From Squalus acanthias (lineage: Eukaryota), in contig CM059444.1 in assembly GCA_030390025.1 (NCBI GenBank), forward strand, positions 58,900,001-58,964,000: 64,000 nt of DNA, written 5' to 3'. Below the pieces are notes generated by a model. That model was not told the DNA's origin. It worked only from the letters and a program-made list of their open reading frames with translations, and ran no database searches. Below are positions 25,237-37,701 of this stretch, one piece after another. A program made the position numbers and the translations under genes. Numbering within the stretch: position 1 is the first letter of the stretch; every line of letters starts with the position of its first letter.

Positions 25237-25430
25237 CTACATTTAACAACTTGTATTTACATAGCACCTTTAACATAGTAAAACGTCCCAAGGCGCTTCA
25301 CAAGAGCGTTATCAAACAAAATTTGACACTGAGCCGCATGAGAAGATATTAGGGCAGCTGAGGTAGGTTTTAAGGAGCGTCTTCAAGGAGGAAAGAGAGG
25401 TAGAGAGGCAGAGAGGTTTAGGGAGGGAAC
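25237..25430 (-). mobile_element. L2-type LINE 3' end
   Basis: Same 3' end as 30228, 33337 and 42997 (aacaacttgtatttacatagcacctttaac...). Confidence 0.75.
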
Positions 25431-27524
25431 AAAATATTGCTATCCCTTTTAAACAAAAGGCCAAATTCCTCTCTCCAAAGACACACCATTTTGGGCCTCC
25501 TTCCCCCAAGGTTGCTCCGGGATCATCACTGTCTTAACCCCAGGAAACCTGATGTAGTTTGCTTAAAACAAAACAGCAGTCTTTGTGGGAACCATATCTA
25601 TAATTTTACTAGCATGGGGAGGCCTGGCCTGGCGATAAAATTAATGAATTTATTTTGGTTTAAAGGTTAAAAATTGAGAGAGACACATATGGGTGGGGTT
25701 AGGAGAGAGTCCACTGAACAAAAAGTACACCCCCTAGAAACTCCTTTTTCATTAGAACAGCAGTAGTTTTAACCCACTAGCCACTGGGGGAAACAGCATC
25801 CCCATTTCTGAAAGGAAATGAAGGCCCAAGCTCTGAATTCTGGTCTTTAGTATGAACTGACTGGAGAACAACTTCTTGTTCCTAAATTCTCTAACAAAGC
25901 TGCACACGGTCATTCTAAAATGGCCTCAGTTTTATGCTCAAGTCCCCACCCAAATAAAATCAACAGTTTTGCACAGCTGTGTGCAATTCAGTCTCAACCA
26001 AAAATAATTACTGGGAGAGAGATAAGGACTGAAAGTCAAGGCTGCCAAAAGATGCATTCCTGCAAGAGCACCAAACAAGCACAAATAATAGCAGATCGTC
26101 AACAGACAGCATCCCAACACACCAGCTTGTTTACAAGATTCGTTCATAGAAAAACGTAGGAGTAAATGTTAAAGAATGAGGCTCGTGGTGAAAGTGGGTG
26201 CTGCAGTGGGTTGCAACCTTAAGTCCTGGGTGTAAATCCAGCCCGCATGGTTGGGATGAAGCAATATCTGCTGGCTGTGTCGATTCATTTCCATGGGGAC
26301 ATGGGTCTATAGCACAAAACTATCCCTAATTCAGCAAAAATCTCAATCGGAAGCCACAGGATAGCTGGTGTGTGAAATGGAAGAAAAGTCACGCTGGTGC
26401 AACACGGGGTGCTGGTCTGACATTGAGGCTGAAGCATGTTGTAGAGGGAGCTTTACTCAGTATCTGCTAGTGCTATACCTGACCTGGGAGTGTTTGATAC
26501 AGAAACTGGATGCCTGAAATGGAAATAATTCCAGTTCCAAGCACCAACATCCCTCACCTTGATGAGCACAACGAATGACCACTCAGCGCTCTTCTCTGTT
26601 GTTGTGAGGTTAATGTATGTGGTAGAGAGATCGCTAGATCTTTGTGGGCAGATTCCTTAGAGGTCCAGTGGCGAGCGCTGTCACTTCGCCGCTGACCGCA
26701 AAATCCGGGCCATTCTTTTCAGTACCCACCAAAAAGCTACACTCTCTTGCCATTAACTCCGCTCACTCAGATAGAATCAGACAACACGTAATCGCCACGT
26801 TCTGTTTGACCGAGAGCAGAGTTTCAAACCCAAATCCTATCCATCACCAAGACTGCTTAGTTTCCCATCAATGGTCATCTCCACCACTAATTTACCCCGC
26901 AACCGTGCCAAAATCCTCAACTATTTATCAACTCTGGACTGAACTTCTCCAAAGTTCTCTTTGCCAACTTGCCAATCTCCACTCCCCGTAAACTCTAAAT
27001 CATCTAAACAGCCTGTCCCGCACTAAGACCCACTCGCCATCACCCTCAACTCTGCTGAGCTACATTGGCACAGGGATGATGATGGATGAACTCTGACGCA
27101 AATGCTGGCAAGAGATCACTCATAGGAAAACACAAACTTTTGCATCAGAGTAAACCCTTCTGGTTTACAGGAAGTTCTCCTGGTCTATTTGGTGACATTA
27201 AGAGGTACAGGTGGAAAACAAGCATAACAGGATCTATGGAGGTACAAAATTTACCTCGACTTTTTCCAAAGAGTTTTGAAAGATTTGCAGAAATTATACG
27301 GGTAAACCAGAGCTCCCTACATGGAGTTTTTTTTTTTAAAAACATCCACACGTATGCATCACATGAGAGTCAGAAATAAATTATAAGTATACAAGGGGAG
27401 CCTTGAATAGTGGTGGGTGCCCCCATGTGAAGTTTAATGTTCCCAAGCACATTCAAGGGATTGAGTGGCTTCCATTTATATAGCACCTCATTACATCATT
27501 CAAACATCTCAAAGTGAAAGAAAG

Positions 27525-27880
27525 ACAGACTTGCATTTATAAAGCGCCTTTCATGACCACCAGATGTCCATTACAGCCAATGAAGTATTTTTCAAGTGTA
27601 GTCACTGTTGTAATGTAGGAAACGCAGCAGCCAATTGGCACACAGCAAGCTCCCACAAACAGCAATGTGATAATGACCAGATAATCTGTTTTTTAGTGAT
27701 GTTGTTTGGGGGATAAATATTGGCCAGGGATAACTCCCCTGCTCTTCTTCGAAATAGTGCCATGGGATCTTTTACGTCCACCTGAGAGAGCAGACGGGGC
27801 CTCGGTTTTACGGCTCATCCAAAAGACGGCACCTCCGACAGTGCAGCACTCCCTCACTACTGCACTGGGGTGTCAGCCTT
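27525..27880 (-). mobile_element. Deu-domain SINE, 5'-truncated
   Basis: Deu core and tail in reverse orientation. Confidence 0.85.
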
Positions 27881-28159
27881 AATACCCTTTGGAGTGCAGT
27901 GACTTACGTGGGCAAACGAGTGTGTCATTTTCTGCATAGCAAGATCCAACAAACAGTAATGAGATGAATGACCGATTCATCTCTTGTTGGTGGTATTGGT
28001 TTGGGGAGGAATTCCCTGCTACTCTTCAAATGGTGCATAGAGATCTTCAACATCCAGCCAAACCATCAAGCAGGCAGCCTGGGCATTAGTTTCATGTCTT
28101 ATCCAAAGGACAGCATCAAACTTAGTTTAACGGGTTTAACTTCTACATCAGACACTTAC

Positions 28160-28269
28160 CAGAAGACCTCATTGCAGCGGCTGCACTGCACACGCCGAGC
28201 CTTGGGTTCTTGTACCTGGATCACCATCGGACAGTCAGCACCAGGACACAGCTGCAGCTGATAATGGCT
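28160..28269 (-). CDS. ARIH2: ARIH2 coding exon 6 (110 nt), IBR domain
   Basis: AACTAG|AGC CAT TAT...; encodes [36 protein letters not shown](C); donor TG|GTAAGT; phase 0 to 2. Confidence 0.96.
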
Positions 28270-28918
28270 CTAGTTTAACAACCAAAGCAACAATTAGCAG
28301 AGAGAAAGTAGCATTACCCTTTCATATTCCACAACAATGACTTGCATTTATATTGCATCTTTAATGTAGGAAAACAGCCCAAGGTACTTCTCAGGAGCAG
28401 AATCAGACAAAAGATTTGACACTAATACAAAAGCAAAATACTGCAGATGCTGGAAATCTGAAACAAAAACAGAAAATGCTGGAAACACTCAGCAGGTCAG
28501 GCAGCATCTGTGGAGAGAGAAACAGAGTTAACGTTTCAGGTCGATGACCCTTCGCTAGAACTGGAAAAAGCTGGAGATGGAACAGGTTTTTCAGCAAGTG
28601 CAGGAGCAGGGAAAGGGGGAGGGGAGGAAAGAACAAAAGGGAAGGTCTGTGATAGGATGGAAGGCAGGAGAGATTAAGAGATGGTAATGGGACAAGTTAA
28701 GAAACAAAAGATGGCTCTAGATGAAGTGTAAATGGCTCTGGCAGAAGGAGAGACAGCTGCCATGTGGGAAAGAGAGAAAAAAAATAATAAAAATAGCTGG
28801 AAAAAAAAAGGATAGGGGCAGAGGTTATGGTCTGAAATAGTTGAACTCTATGTTGAGTCCAGGAGGCTGTAAAGTGTCTAATCGAAAGATGAGGTGCTGT
28901 TCCTCGAGCTTACGTGTT

Positions 28919-29238
28919 GGGCAACACGGTGGCATAGTGGTTAGCACTGTTGCCTCACAGCGCCAGGGACCCAGGTTCGAATCCGCCCTCGGGTGACTGT
29001 CTGTGTGGCGTTTGCACATTCTCCCCGTGTCTGCGTGGGTTTCCTCCGGGTGCTCCGGTTTCCTCCCAGTCCAAAGATGTGCGGGTTAGGTTGATTTGGC
29101 CATGATAAATTGACCCTTAGGGCTAGGGGGGATTAAATATGTGGGGTTACGGGGATAGGGTGGGATATGTGTCGGTGCAGGCTCGATGGGCCGAAATGGC
29201 CTCTATCTGCACTGTGGGGATTCTGTGATTCTGTGATT
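28919..29238 (+). mobile_element. HE1-like V-SINE nested in the Penelope ORF
   Basis: Full SINE with (GATTCTGT)n tail; 7-bp TSD CTTACGT at 28909-28915 and 29239-29245; removing it restores the reading ...NEAQRKLEEQH. Confidence 0.9.
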
Positions 29239-29607
29239 CTTACGTTGAGCTTCATTGGAACAGTGTAAGAGGCCGAGGACGGTGAGGTCTGAGTAGGAGT
29301 GGAGCGGAGAATTAAAGTGACAGGCGACCGGAAGCTCGGGGTCACCCTTACGGACTGAACGGGGGTGTTCCGCAAAGCGGTCACCCAATCTGCGTTTGGT
29401 CTCCCCAACGTAGAGGAGACCGCATCATGAGCAGCGAATACAGTATACTAAATTGCAAGAAGTACAAGTAAATCGCTGTTTCACCTGGAAGGAGTGTTTG
29501 GGGCCCTGGACAGTGGGAAGGGACCTTCCCTTTTGTTCTTTCCTCCCCTCCCCCCTTTCCCTGCCCCTGCACTTGCTTAAAAATCTGTTCGATCTCCAGC
29601 TTTTTCC

Positions 29608-29644
29608 AGTTCTGACGAAGGATCATCGACCTGAAACGTTAACT
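29608..29644 (+). ncRNA. Putative minimal type I hammerhead ribozyme motif in Penelope pLTR
   Basis: AGTT-CTGACGA-AGG(A)TC atc GACCT-GAAA-CG-TT-AACT: both core boxes, stem II, 4-bp stem I and a palindromic ACGT in place of stem III. Activity untested. Confidence 0.65.
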
Positions 29645-30227
29645 CTGTTTCTCTCTCCACAGATGCTGCCTGACCTGCTGAGTATTTCCAGCATTTTCTG
29701 TTTTTGTTAAAGATTTGACAAACTGGATGCAAACCAGATCCGGCTGAAATCACTGAACGAAAAAAGGGCACCTTGCATTAATGTAGCACCTCAGCACATC
29801 TTTTAAACGTCTCAAAGCACTTCCCATACAATTAATAATTTTCAAGTGCAGTGACTTCTCATACAGGGAGAAGCAGCAAGCATTTTGCACACAGCAAGAT
29901 CCCACAAACAGAATTAAGATGGCAATTTTTTTGGTAGCATTGCTTAGAGATTAATTTTGCATAGCGCACTGGCAGAACTCCCTGCCTCTCCATAAATCTT
30001 TAACTTTTCCCTTAACTATGGCAATGGCATCCCAGAGCAAAGCATGAACACAGCCATTGTAGACACAAAAATTACAAGATACCCTGAGGTGAGCTTAAGA
30101 CTGTTCAGCAGTCAGATTCAGAACAAAGGCCTTTTCGGTCATGTGCATCAATTTCCAGTTACCTGCCACTGACTGCCCTGTCCAAACTGAAAAACGTTTG
30201 TGCAGCCATTCGCAATAGTCTATCATA

Positions 30228-30697
30228 ACAACAACAACTTGCATTTATATAGCTCCTTTAACGTAGTAAAACGTCCAAAGGTGCTTCACAGGAGCGTTAT
30301 CAAACAAAACGTGACACTGAGCCATATAAGGAGAAATTAGGTCAGATGACCAAAAGCTTGGTCAAAGAGGTAGGATTTAAGGAGCGTCTTAAAAAGGAGG
30401 AAAGAGAGGTAGTGAGGCAGAGAGGTTTATGGAGGGAATTCCAGAGCTTAGGTCCTCGACAGCTGAAGGCACGGTCGCCAATGCTGGAGCGATTAAAATC
30501 GGGGATGCGCAAGAGGCCAGAATTGGAGAAGCGCAGAGATCCGAGGGTTGTAGGGCTGGAGGAGATTGCAGAGATAGGGAAGGGGAAGGCCGTGGAGGGA
30601 TTTGAAAACAAAGATGAGAATTTTAAACTCGAGGCGTTGCTTAGCGAGAGCCAATGTAGGTCAGCAAGCACATGGGTGAACGGGACTTGGTGCACCT
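30228..30697 (-). mobile_element. L2-type LINE 3' fragment
   Basis: VLADLHWL...LRFSNSGLLRIPDFNRSSIGDRAFSCRGPKLWNSL; (TTG)n tail. Confidence 0.88.
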
Positions 30698-30699
30698 TG

Positions 30700-31231
30700 A
30701 GAGGCCAGTGTCGGGAGCGGAGAGAGCAGCAGCACAGTGAGTATTTAAACTCACTTACGCGGGCTTTTTTGCAGAGGCCAGTGTCGGGAGCGGAGAGAGC
30801 AGCAGCACAGTGAGTATTTAAACTCACTTTCGCGGGCTTTTTTTCCCCCCCCCCGAGGCTTACCAATCTCACCGACCGGCGGCGGCGGCGTTCCAGAGCC
30901 ATGTCACAATTCAAAAAGTGACGCACAAGAGGAAGCAGCTGATTGGGTGAGTACGGCCAGGTGAGTATTTATACTACTCTGTAGTTTGACAGTTAAAGTT
31001 AATAGTTTATAAAGTTTAGTAGGTCCTAATTTTTGTGGTTATAGTTTCTAAGGTCTCTGTTGTGTAGCAGGGAGTGCTAGTATACAAGGGCCCTTGAGTA
31101 TATCATTTAATTGTAGTGTAATTTGTGGTATTGATTTGAGTTAATTTTAATTAATTAAAGGATAAGTCATGGCAGCACAGCTCAGCCCCGTGGCATGCTC
31201 CTCCTGCGCTATGTGGGAAATCAGGGACACT
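30700..31231 (+). mobile_element. CR1-type LINE 5' end (5' UTR with 73-bp tandem repeat, start of ORF1), 3'-truncated
   Basis: Two 73-bp units starting at 30700 and 30773; ATG at 31169 gives MAAQLSPVACSSCAMWEIRD, the CxxC start typical of CR1 ORF1. Confidence 0.72.
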
Positions 31232-31574
31232 CCTTATTCGAATAGCACTGAGCGATCTTTGACACGTACACAAGGGGGAAGACGGGGCCTCGGTTTAACG
31301 TTTCATACGAAATACGGCATGTAGAAAGCGCAGGACTCCCTCACTACTGCACTGAAGTGTCAGCCTACGTTATGCGCTCAAGTGTCTCAGAGTGGGGCTT
31401 GAACACATGACCTCAGGCAAAAATGTGACCACTGAGCCAAGGCTGACACTTTTAAGAGGATATGTTCTTGCATATTAGCAGATAAGATACAATGCAGAGT
31501 AAGAATGCTAAATGGCAACGTGTGACAGCCAAGGACTTCGACTGGAAATTACACAAGCCTTTTAAATAGTAAAA

Positions 31575-32000
31575 TAGTGGATAGACTGGAGAAGCTGGGG
31601 TTATTCTCCTTGGAGCAGAGAAGGCTAAGAAGAGGTTTGATAGGGGTGTTTAAAATCATGAAGGGTTTGAATAGAGTAAATAAAGAGAAACTGTTTCCAA
31701 TGGCTGGAGGGTTGATAACCAGAGGGCACAGATTTAAGGTGATTGGCAAAAGAACCAGAGGCGACATGAGGAAAAACTTTACCTAACGAGTGGTTAGGAT
31801 TTGGAATACACTGCCTGACAGGGTGGTGGGTACAGATTCAATAGTAGCCTTCAAAAGGAAACTGGATAAATACTTAAAGGAGAAAAAAAATTGCAGGGAT
31901 ATGGGGAGGAGTGGGACTAACTGGACTGCTCTTCAAAAGAGCCGGCGCAGACTCGATGGGCCGAATGGCCTCCTTCTGTGCTGTACTGTTCTATGATTCT
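31575..32000 (+). mobile_element. CR1-type LINE 3' fragment
   Basis: DRLEKLGLFSLEQRRLR...TRGHRFKVIGKR plus 3' UTR. Confidence 0.88.
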
Positions 32001-33336
32001 AAAACAAATCAGTATGAAGAAAGCTCACACGATTATTCAGGGACGTCACAGTGCTGCACGCATGCAGAAGGAGCAGATACTGTACCAGATTATAATGCGA
32101 CCTCGCTAAGTTGGCCACTGCCCAGTTCCTTTACAGTAATAAATACAACTGACAGGAATTATGTACAAGCTGCATTACACTTTTCTTCCCTGGTGTCTCA
32201 CTACATGTATGTTTGAATTAAGCCCTCCACGACACCACCAACACCGCTACATTTTTTAAATTCATTCTCGGGATGTGGGTGTCGCTGGCATTTATTGCTC
32301 ATCCTTAGATGCCTGAGGTGGTGGTGAGCCGCCTTCTTGAATCGTTGCTTTGTTCTGTTGCTCCAACACAATATCTTCAACTTTCGTCAGAAACATGAAT
32401 GGGAAAGAAATTAATTAGAAAGAAAGAACAGTTTTCTTTTGAGAACATCACAAGCACTTCACGGTAGATTTCTACTGAATCAAATTAGAAGAGCAAGTGA
32501 AGGTCATTTCCTGACCATGGAATGAACAACTGGAGCCTCTAGCAGCCATGCCAGGCACTGTGCTTGGTGCTGAAGATCAGAATCAACACTAAGGTTGGAG
32601 ATCCAAACATCTGCCAAAGTGGTAGAACTATTTGCAAATTCGTGGAGATTTTCATTCCCTGCAGATCTTCAAACAGATGGTCCAACTGAGAGTCAAGGTG
32701 GCAAATTTACCAGCTCATCCAGCCAGACTGATCACATGGTTATGACAAAAAAAAAACTTCAAATAATAAAGCATTCAAAAGTCAGTGCCATACGTGGGGG
32801 GGGGGTTATTGTCCCATTCAGGGCTTTTTATGCTGGGTCATGGCATGGGTGTCAGTGGCAGGGAGTCGATTAATTTTCTGCTTTTTTACATCCAGTGACA
32901 GCATCAAGCATTCCCAGGTCAAGTATTGCGTGAACCAGATGCAGAATGAAGCGCCTTCCACTTTGCCAACCCCAACCTGGTGAGAGTATCAAACGAATGT
33001 GACATTTCCACCCGCCAACCACATAATCCGAGTGGCAGTTCCAATTTAATATGGAATCACGTGCCAGTTTTTTTTTTATTGCTGTGGACAGAAAACAGAG
33101 ACTATTCAAAACACCCGAGACCGACTGTAGTCAGCAGAGAGGAGAAAAGCTAATTCCATCAGTTGCTGGTAGATTAAAAGCTATTAATCGACAGCAAGGG
33201 TTGGTGAAGCAAGACCGTCAGCAATCAATATTTGAGTGCCTCTGTCCAAGACTTGAAGGCAAAGCTGAGCAGCTTCAACTCAAAAGCAAGGGTTCCGGCA
33301 ACTTTTGTTGGGAGATCACAAGAACACAGCTTTTTA

Positions 33337-34030
33337 AGAACTTACATTTATATAGCGCCTTTAACGTAATAAAACAGCCCAAGGCACTTCACAGGAGCGT
33401 TATCAAAAAACAAAATTTGACACCGAGCCTTAAGGAGATATTAGAGCAGAAAAGAGGTAGGTTTTAAGGAGCGTCTTAAAGGAGGAAAGAGAAGTGGAAA
33501 GGCGGAGATTTAGGGAGGGAATTCCAGAGCTTGGGACCTAGGCAGCTGGAGGCACGGCCGCCAATGGTGGAGCAATTAAAAGCGGGGATGTTCAAGAGGC
33601 CAGAATTGAGGGAGCGCAGCGATCTCGGGGGATTATAGGGCTGGACGAGATTACAAAGATAGGGAGGGGCGAGGCCACGGAGGGATTTGAAAACAGGGAT
33701 GAGAACTTTAAAATCGAGGCATTGCTTAACTGGGAGCCAATGTAAGTCAGTGAGCACAGGGGTAATTGGTGAACGGGACTTGGTGCGAGTTAGGACATGG
33801 GCGGCAGAGTTTTGGATAACCTCAAGTCTATGGAGGGTACAACGTGGGAGGCCGGCCAGGAGTGCGTTGGAATAGTCAAGTCTAGAGGTAACAAAGGCGT
33901 GGATGAGGGTTTCCGCAGCAGATAAGCTGAGGCAAAGTCAGAGATGGGCAATGTTATGGAGGTGGAAATGGGCAGTCTTAGCGATGGAACGAATATACGA
34001 GGTAGGAAGCTCAACTTGTGATCAAATACG
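33337..34030 (-). mobile_element. L2-type LINE 3' fragment
   Basis: LTDLHWLPVKQCLDFKVLIPVFKSLRGLAPPYL...GPKLWNSLP. Confidence 0.88.
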
Positions 34031-35850
34031 ACAAGGCCAATAGATTCAACAAACTCATTTCTTCTTCACATACCAAGCCCACCTTCCTCTTATACTTCTT
34101 AATAAATTATTTCTCCAAGGAAGAGGCTGCAGAGATAGGGTGCAGCAAGGCCTAGGAGACACTTAGAAACTAAGACAAGGATTTTGAAATCAATGAGTTG
34201 AACATGAGGACCCAGTGAAGGTCAGCAAAGACAGGTGAGGGATGAGCAGGACTTTCTACCCACTAGGATGAGAGTATCATAGTTCTGCATGAGGTAGAGC
34301 TTTACAGGGTGAAGCTTGGGAGGTCCATTAGGAAGAAAGAGCCGAGGGGGACAAAATCATGGATAAGGATTTCAGCAGGGGTCAGGTCTTTGGGAACAAG
34401 ACAAATTTCTAACAGACTATAGGCAATTTTTATTCCCCTGGAAATTATTTGTTCTCAAGTGTTTATGGCATAAACTGCACTTTTTAAACGCTGCATATAT
34501 TAGTTGACTGGCTAAGGAAATGTGGAAACCAAATGAAATTGGGGAAAAATTGCTAGCAACAGTTTCTAGTTCCTGATCGATAGCTTTGAAAGAAAACTAT
34601 TCGTTTTGAAGGTTTGATCTTCCGGGTCTTGGTGGCTCAAGATTGATAGGTTTTCCCACCTGTCAATGGATCAGCCTGATTAACCTGACAGATTAGCTCA
34701 AATTGGTGAAAGTGCAATAGCGGGAGGAGGAGAGAAAAGGGAGGAGGAAGGACAGACCGAGAACCAGAAGGATATTTTTAAATATAGAATGAGGACGTAA
34801 TCTGAATTTTTAAAAAGTGTACTCCCTAGACTATTTCCCCTTTAATTACATGTATGAATCAAAGCCGTGCCCTTGTTTGAGGTTCCTCTGACGTCAGATA
34901 CTATTGTCTAGTGGACAATGCAGAAAGAGGTAGTCATAACCAAAATCATTTCAACATACAGCCCTGAATTATGCAGCTCCTGCCTCGTGTTAATTTAAGG
35001 CTTGTAAATCTGACAAGTCTTTATTGAATAAGTTGGCTAATACTCTATTGCTCATAAGCCACTAACAATGCACTCCATTAAACGCAGGGTTGGTTAGTTA
35101 CTTAAAATAGAAAGAATCTGCTCCTCCTGGGTAATATTATAAAGCTTGAAGGCTGAGCAATATGATCTCCAAAGCTTCACAACATTGAACTGGCCGACAA
35201 CTGAAAAATCAGTGCAAACAATCTTAATGATGCTACCACAATCAAACCCTTTCTTCAATTTCACAGCATTTGTTCTTTAAAAGGCTATTTTATGGGGCAC
35301 TAGGATTTTGCAGGGTCACTCTTTAAAATTTTACTCATAAACCTGTACAATCACCACTTCTCAGCTAACTAACAATTGCCAGATTAGAACAGACATTGCT
35401 CCCAAGACCTTATTGGGTAACGTTCACAAAAGTGGTAGCTTTAATTGTCAACGCATATAGGAAAAAGAGGGACACAGTATTGGAACAGAGGAAGATACAC
35501 AACTATTCGGGAGGGACCAGGGCAGTGGAACTAGTGTTGGATTGCTCTCGCAAAGAGTCGACATGGGCACAAGTGGTCGAACAACCTCATTCTAGGCTGT
35601 GAACTCCTATGGTTACCTGGTCCGTTTTGTTACTTTTCTCCCCCGCAAAGCCTGTACTTCAGGAAAAAAAACCTGAGGAATTTAGGGATACATTGGAGCA
35701 GCAGCGCTCACAATATGGACCTGGAATAATCTGCGACTCACCTGCCCCTCGCATCTGGTCCTGCAGAGTTGCAGTTTCATACAGATCATTACCTCAGCCC
35801 ACATTTTTTTTGACGGCAGCTGTTGTTGATGATTCTGTTATTCCCATTTA

Positions 35851-36142
35851 TTCCTCCTCTAGCCCTATCTTTTGTTTCTTCACTTGTCCCATTACCATCT
35901 CTTTTAGCCTTTGTCAATTAATCTCTCCTGCCTTCCACCCCATCACAGACCTTCCCTTTTGTTCTTTCCTCCCATTCCACCCCTCCCCCACTTCGCTGCC
36001 TCTGAACTTGCTTAAAACCTGTTACGTCTCTAACATCTCCCAGTTCTGACGAAAGGTCATCGCTCTGAAACGTTAACGCTGTTTCCCTCTCCACAGATGC
36101 TGCCTGACCTGCTGAGCATTTCCAGCATTTTCGGTTTTATTA
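35851..36142 (+). mobile_element. Solo Penelope pseudo-LTR fragment
   Basis: Reverse complement of about 28465-28725; keeps CTGACGA...GAAACGTT at 36046-36074 with a weakened stem II. Confidence 0.8.
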
Positions 36143-37520
36143 TTGTTGCGGCTTCACCTGACTGGGAGCCATAATTCACAGCCCACCACCTCTGGGATAT
36201 TGCTATAGTTACTGTTAGATGGGGGTGGGGTAAAGAAAGCAATCACAAAGCTGCTTTAAGGTAAGTTCGAGAGAATGGCCATCGAGCAAGTCACTGTTCA
36301 AGATTGTGTCCTTGACCAAAAAGAAAATTGAATCAGCACTCCTGCACTACAGCACGTCTTCCTCCAGCTCAAACGGAATGGCTTTGCTTTCCCATTCCCT
36401 CAACGCCTCTCCGCGGCAAACAATTCCCTAGGCTGAAATGTATTTTATTCTTCAGGAATTAGTTTCCTCCAGCTAAACTGCAAGTAGAGATAAAGAAAGA
36501 AAGCCCAACTCAACTGAAGCAATCAGAGAGGGGAAGAGAAAATACAGCTCTGTTTTATTAACTCCAATTGCCGGGGTCACACACTTGAAAGCACTTCTAT
36601 TTCTGGTCTGTGACAAGTACATAAGTTAATTTGCAAGTTCAGTATCACTTTCAACTCTCGGGTCTCAATGCAGTATCCAGCAACGCAACATGCAATTGTC
36701 ACCTATTAAAAAGGCAGAGAATCAAGTACAGTCAATTCCTGTTGAGGGAATAACTAGTTTTTCCATGACAGCTCGATCAGAGATGTGTCCAACAATATCT
36801 CCAACAATTTTCTGTCGGATCATTTTGAAGAATTTTTCTCAAACCCAAAATTTAAATGGTATTTCATATTATTGCTGGCCAGATTTGTGCCATTTGGACT
36901 GTAAACATGGAAAAATGAGCGATCCAGGAAAAACACAAACTTAAGTGTAGAATCATTAAATTTAGGAGTAAATATACTTGAATTGCTACTGGTGTGATTT
37001 TCCCACGTCTCTCTGGAGGTGATCAGCTCTTGCCGCTGTGCATTTCCAGGTGTACCTTGCCCATGTGGCAGTGAGCGTTGGCAGCCTATTCACGGTGGAC
37101 GGCATCGGGGCCAAGCTCGGTCTAGTCCTTGCCCGACATCTGCACATGTGCTTTCCACCATGGGTCAATGGACAACCACCAATAGTGGGAACCTCAGCTG
37201 ATCTCACCTGCCACCCCACTCAGGACCAGGGGCATTGACGTCAATTGCAACTCCACCACCTGCGATTAGCCACGGCAGTAGAGTCGCACCTTTTACATTC
37301 ATACAAGCCCAAAGTCCAAGAAAACATTCCCCTTATAGATTCAGAATATCCAGTTTATTTTTGGTTCTGATTTGAATTTATAATCAAATACATAATCGTA
37401 AGAATAGTCACATTCTCCTGTTTTATGTCGACAGGGTTTTAACACGCATCACATATCAATTATTCCGCCAGCTCGTCCTACCCCCCAGCAAAAGTTTAAA
37501 ATATGCTTAAAATCACCCAC

Positions 37521-37642
37521 CTCTACATAATCTCTGAAGAGGTAGCGCCTGTATTTTTCTCTCAGTTCGTCGTTAGAAATCAAAGGAAAAGCAAAGTCCT
37601 CAGGCGTTCGGAGCAAGCAGTCTTGCGCCATACAGGATATCC
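37521..37642 (-). CDS. ARIH2: ARIH2 coding exon 5 (122 nt), end of RING1
   Basis: TTGCTAG|GG ATA...; encodes (G)[40 protein letters not shown]; donor GAG|GTGGGT; phase 1 to 0. Confidence 0.96.
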
Positions 37643-37701
37643 CTAGCAAGACACACAAACTGGTTACCGTCAGTCATTAAAAACAAAGATATACTTGCCT
37701 T

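Larger units (their letters stand above)
28422..29708 (-). mobile_element. Penelope-like element, 5'-truncated: GIY-YIG endonuclease end, 3' pLTR and inverted partial pLTR
   Basis: GDRFAEHPRSVRKGDPELPVACHFNSPLHSYSDLTVLGLLHCSNEAQRK/LEEQHLIFRLDTLQPPGLNIEF; inverted termini about 28462-28650 and 29522-29706; 12-bp TSD AAAGATTTGACA at 28410-28421 and 29709-29720. Confidence 0.88.

Noticed and set aside
30700-30845. Direct repeats resembling a CRISPR array or LTR
   Set aside because: Only two adjacent units with no spacers, in a vertebrate intron and upstream of a CR1 ORF1 start.
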